This document shows, in pieces, positions 19,301-21,192 of a stretch of 21,192 bases of DNA. A model generated the notes under the pieces. The model had not been told where the DNA came from. It made no database searches and was given only the letters and a program-made list of their open reading frames with translations. Made by a program: the position numbers and the translations under genes. Position 1 is the stretch's first letter. Each line of letters opens with the position of its first letter. The stretch comes from Fonticula alba ATCC 38817 (taxonomy: Eukaryota; Protista; Nucleariida). The stretch is taken from the NCBI GenBank assembly GCA_000388065.2, contig KB932203.1, one strand, 5' to 3'.

Positions 19301-20312
19301 CACATCGCCGATGTGGCGTCGATCTTCGAATCGCGCCTGGTCCTGTACACGGTCAATGGCACGCGCCTGCACCAGCTCTCCCTTGCCGGGGAGTTCTCCC
19401 CCTCCCTGTCGACGGTCCAGCACCAGGGGGCCCTGTTCATCGGGTCCCCGACGGCCGGCCTGGCCGGGCGCGCGTCGGCCGATCCGGTGGCCGCGGCCGC
19501 CGAGCATGCGCCCCTCCTGCGCGCCTCGCCCTGCGGGTCATTCGTTCTGCTGGCCCTGAAGACACACCTGCACGTGTATCGCGTGGATGCCAACGCCCTG
19601 GTACGCACATATGCTGCACATGTCTGGCTGGTGCCCTTTTTTTTTTTCTTTTTCCCCTTTCCTTCATTCTTTTTTTTGGGGGGGGGGGCGGCGGGGGGGG
19701 GGGGGGCCGCGGGCCCTTTTTTGGGTTTAGAGAGGCCCCCCCCCCCCCCCCCGGGTTTTTTTTCGGCCCTTTTTTCTCTTGCCCCGCGATGCCCACGCGC
19801 GCCGCGCGCCCCCCTCCCTTGGATTCCCACGTGCTGACCGGCCCGCGCGATGTTGCCCGGAAATTTGATCCCACAAAATGCAGACGCTGGTCCACCGGTC
19901 TGGCTCGGTGCCAGCCCCGATCACGGCCATCGGCCTGGTAACCACGCCGAACCATCGGCTGCACCTGCACCTGCCACCGCCGGTGCCGGGGGTCCACATC
20001 CCGGCCAGTGCCGGGTCCCGGAGCGGCCGCGGCGAGTCGCCCCATTCCCCTGGCCCTGGGTCCCTGGCACACGAGGCCTCGGCCGAGGCCCTGCAAACCG
20101 TGGTCGACACCCTCTGCCGGCGGTGCACGGTCCCGACGCCGGGCTTCGCCGGGCATCACTTTGTGCCGGCCGGCTCGCAGTCGTGCTCGCACGCGCACGC
20201 GGCCGGTACGGCCTGCGCCTCGGTCACGTATGCCTTGCTTGGCCTGGCCAATGGCGTGCTCCAGGTCAATGCCCTGGACTTTGCCTTCTGGCGCTCGCAG
20301 AGCGACTACTAA
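4100..20312 (+). CDS. Giant BEACH-domain protein of neurobeachin/LRBA/NBEAL type (ConA-like, DUF4704/ARM, PH, BEACH, WD40); 12 exons, 14,202 nt, about 4,733 aa
   Basis: Exons: 4100-4330, 4462-4614, 4777-5074, 5216-5466, 5669-6384, 6498-6732, 6872-7183, 7377-7852, 8019-15832, 16045-18809, 19079-19600, 19884-20312. All introns are GT-AG with consistent phases (0,0,1,0,2,0,0,2,1,0,0). Family motifs: YFSLDG..LPAIAWP..GYLFAAW and RWYHVAVSH (ConA-like); LLLNWGIWIGAP..VQ and ELRAYIIFLL (DUF4704); RRYLLCQTALEVF..RRSVFFNF (PH); [72 protein letters not shown] (BEACH); GHWDGSVRV and LEGHDSAV (WD40). Confidence 0.93.
4462..4614 (+). CDS. BEACH gene exon 2 (helical, ARM-like)
   Basis: tggcAG acceptor at 4461, GTGCGT donor at 4615, phase 0/0. 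Translates ILACTLHMLSHALVRAQLLQAL... Confidence 0.65.
4777..5074 (+). CDS. BEACH gene exon 3
   Basis: CTGAC branch at 4758-4762 and ccgcAG acceptor at 4776. GTGCGT donor at 5075 (phase 1); an alternative phase-1 donor exists at 5066. Confidence 0.6.
5216..5466 (+). CDS. BEACH gene exon 4
   Basis: CTGAC branch at 5196-5200, ctcAG acceptor at 5215 (phase 1), GTGCGT donor at 5467 (phase 0). Confidence 0.6.
5669..6384 (+). CDS. BEACH gene exon 5 (start of ConA-like domain)
   Basis: CTAAT branch at 5616-5620, ccAG acceptor at 5668. Encodes YFSLDGMHSGLVLPAIAWPERAKGYLFAAWVWLE and QYLY. AG|GTGCGC donor at 6385. Confidence 0.85.
6498..6732 (+). CDS. BEACH gene exon 6 (ConA-like)
   Basis: CTGAC at 6475-6479, TAG acceptor at 6497. 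Splicing gives QYLYSF..GVHAFF, similar to NBEAL-type LYSFFT..FEAFF. GTGCGT donor at 6733. Confidence 0.85.
6872..7183 (+). CDS. BEACH gene exon 7 (ConA-like)
   Basis: CTGAC at 6845-6849, aacAG acceptor at 6871. Encodes DFPFCPGRWYHVAVSH, VALYIDG and LRFPFLNE. GTACGC donor at 7184. Confidence 0.88.
7304..7363 (+). repeat. (CCG)20 trinucleotide repeat in BEACH intron 7
   Basis: Directly visible; ends 13 nt before the end of the intron (AG at 7375-7376). Confidence 0.97.
7377..7852 (+). CDS. BEACH gene exon 8 (end of ConA-like region)
   Basis: gcgcAG acceptor at 7376. Encodes STIGC, CLRGRIGAVHMF and LFGLGPAY. GTGCGT donor at 7853 (phase 2). Confidence 0.8.
8019..15832 (+). CDS. BEACH gene exon 9, 7,814 nt (DUF4704/ARM, DUF1088/4800-like motif, PH, most of BEACH)
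   Basis: Body of the 2,694-aa ORF. The acceptor at 8018 is the first AG after the CTGAC at 7944-7948. The exon ends ANN-G|GTGCGT at 15833; splicing restores the BEACH motif [10 protein letters not shown]. Confidence 0.93.
16045..18809 (+). CDS. BEACH gene exon 10, 2,765 nt (BEACH end and first WD40 blades)
   Basis: ttAG acceptor at 16044. Encodes [46 protein letters not shown] and LEGHDSAV. GAG|GTATGC donor at 18810. Confidence 0.9.
19034..19059 (+). repeat. C26 homopolymer between branch point and acceptor of BEACH intron 10
   Basis: Directly visible. Confidence 0.96.
19079..19600 (+). CDS. BEACH gene exon 11 (WD40)
   Basis: CTGAC at 19016-19020, tacAG acceptor at 19078. Encodes GIVVSASASGVLLHLATSGRFVR and LVLYTVNG. 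GTACGC donor at 19601. Confidence 0.88.
19884..20312 (+). CDS. BEACH gene exon 12 (terminal WD40 blade, TAA stop)
   Basis: CTGAC at 19834-19838, tgcAG acceptor at 19883. Encodes PAPITAIGL and YALLGLANGVLQV. TAA at 20310-20312. Confidence 0.82.
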   Translation, partial: TLVHRSGSVPAPITAIGLVTTPNHRLHLHLPPPVPGVHIPASAGSRSGRGESPHSPGPGSLAHEASAEALQTVVDTLCRRCTVPTPGFAGHHFVPAGSQSCSHAHAAGTACASVTYALLGLANGVLQVNALDFAFWRSQSDY

Positions 20313-21096
20313 AGGGCGCGCGCGTGCACGTGTGTGGACGGTCTCCCGCCGCCGGCGCCATTCGCGCCTCCACCATTCCCCCCCCCCCCCCCCCCTCCCC
20401 AAATTGATCCCTGTCCTTGCATCTTGTGCTGTGTCCTCCCCCGCCGCTATCCATGCTGGCCATGCCCCAAAGGAATACACTCTTCTCCCCTTCTGCCTGC
20501 CTCGGCCCTATTGGGTGCTTTTTTTCCCCGGGCCTTTCCCCGCCCACGTGCTGTCCCATGCTCTCGGCTAGTGTGCAGGCACAGCACGCCTCGACAGCAG
20601 AGAGACCACCGGTCGAGGCGACACCGGAGGCCAGCATGGTAGCCGGGCGATGTGGCGGTGTGCCCTGTTGGCCGGAATCCCAAGGGACACGCGCGCGCGC
20701 GCGCGTCACCCAGCGGGGATGGCCGGTGCCGGGGGCAAGCACAGGCGCACAAAGAGAGGGAGAGAGAAAGAAGAGACGCAATGACAAGGAGAGGGCGGCA
20801 TGCAACAGAGGTCACGAGATGGGACAAGGAAAAAAAAGTAAAGGCCAGTGGGCTTTGTTTTGTGAGACAAGGACATTCGGCGGTAGGTCCGGCGTCCGGA
20901 GGATGGTGGACAGCCGAGCGCGGCGCGCGCGAGGGGGAGGGGGGGGGGATTGGGGGGAGGAGGGGATGGGAAAGAAAGGTAGGGCGAGCGAGGGCTCTCT
21001 GTGGGGAGGGGCACATGAACTCGATGTGCGAGGAGGGAGAAGGGGGCGCCGCGCGCGCACGTGAAGGGGGGGAGAAAGGGAGATATAGGGACAGCC

Positions 21097-21118
21097 GAGA
21101 GAGAGAGAGAGAGAGAGG
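21097..21118. repeat. (GA)n microsatellite
   Basis: gagagagaga... run visible; ends are approximate. Confidence 0.85.
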
Positions 21119-21192
21119 GGGGGGAGAAGGCGGTGTTGTGGGGGACGGAGATCAAGCAGCGGCGGCGGCCAGGGAGGGGAGGCGGAAAGACG

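Noticed and set aside
4331-19883. Nested gene or snoRNA in BEACH introns (animal NBEA/LRBA host nested MAB21L genes)
   Set aside because: All introns are under 300 nt, too small for a nested protein gene, and I found no convincing C/D (RTGATGA...CTGA) or H/ACA box pairs.
1-21192. Prokaryotic features: CRISPR array, transposase/integrase, tRNA/rRNA, operon or defence system
   Set aside because: No regularly spaced repeat-spacer units, terminal inverted repeats, transposase or reverse-transcriptase motifs, or cloverleaf/rRNA signatures were seen. The sequence is intron-containing eukaryotic DNA.

Overview
Very GC-rich eukaryotic genomic DNA with no visible CpG depletion, short spliceosomal introns, long G/C homopolymers, microsatellites and one 46-nt assembly gap. 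The style resembles a unicellular opisthokont such as Fonticula alba; that is an inference, not an identification. Two spliced genes lie head to head. (1) Minus strand, 2380->1392, 3 exons, about 202 aa: a SIVA-like zinc-finger protein. Its 12-Cys spacing (CxxC-9-CxxC-4-CxxC-3-CxxC-4-CxxC-13-CxxC) equals that of human SIVA1 as I recall it, once a (CA)n-containing intron is spliced out. Its tail carries two PCNA-interacting (PIP-box-like) motifs. (2) Plus strand, 4100->20312, 12 exons (14,202 nt CDS, about 4,733 aa): a giant neurobeachin/LRBA/NBEAL-type BEACH protein (ConA-like, DUF4704/ARM, PH, BEACH, WD40) inflated by low-complexity and Cys-rich insertions. Nearly all other ORFs in the track are GC-bias or antisense artefacts. 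No mobile element, CRISPR array or RNA gene could be supported. The most interesting observations are the SIVA-like protein with tandem PIP-like boxes, an unusual GTRCGY (+4C) splice-donor consensus, a Cys-rich duplication inside the BEACH domain, and a CCAAT/E2F-like motif cluster at the left end.
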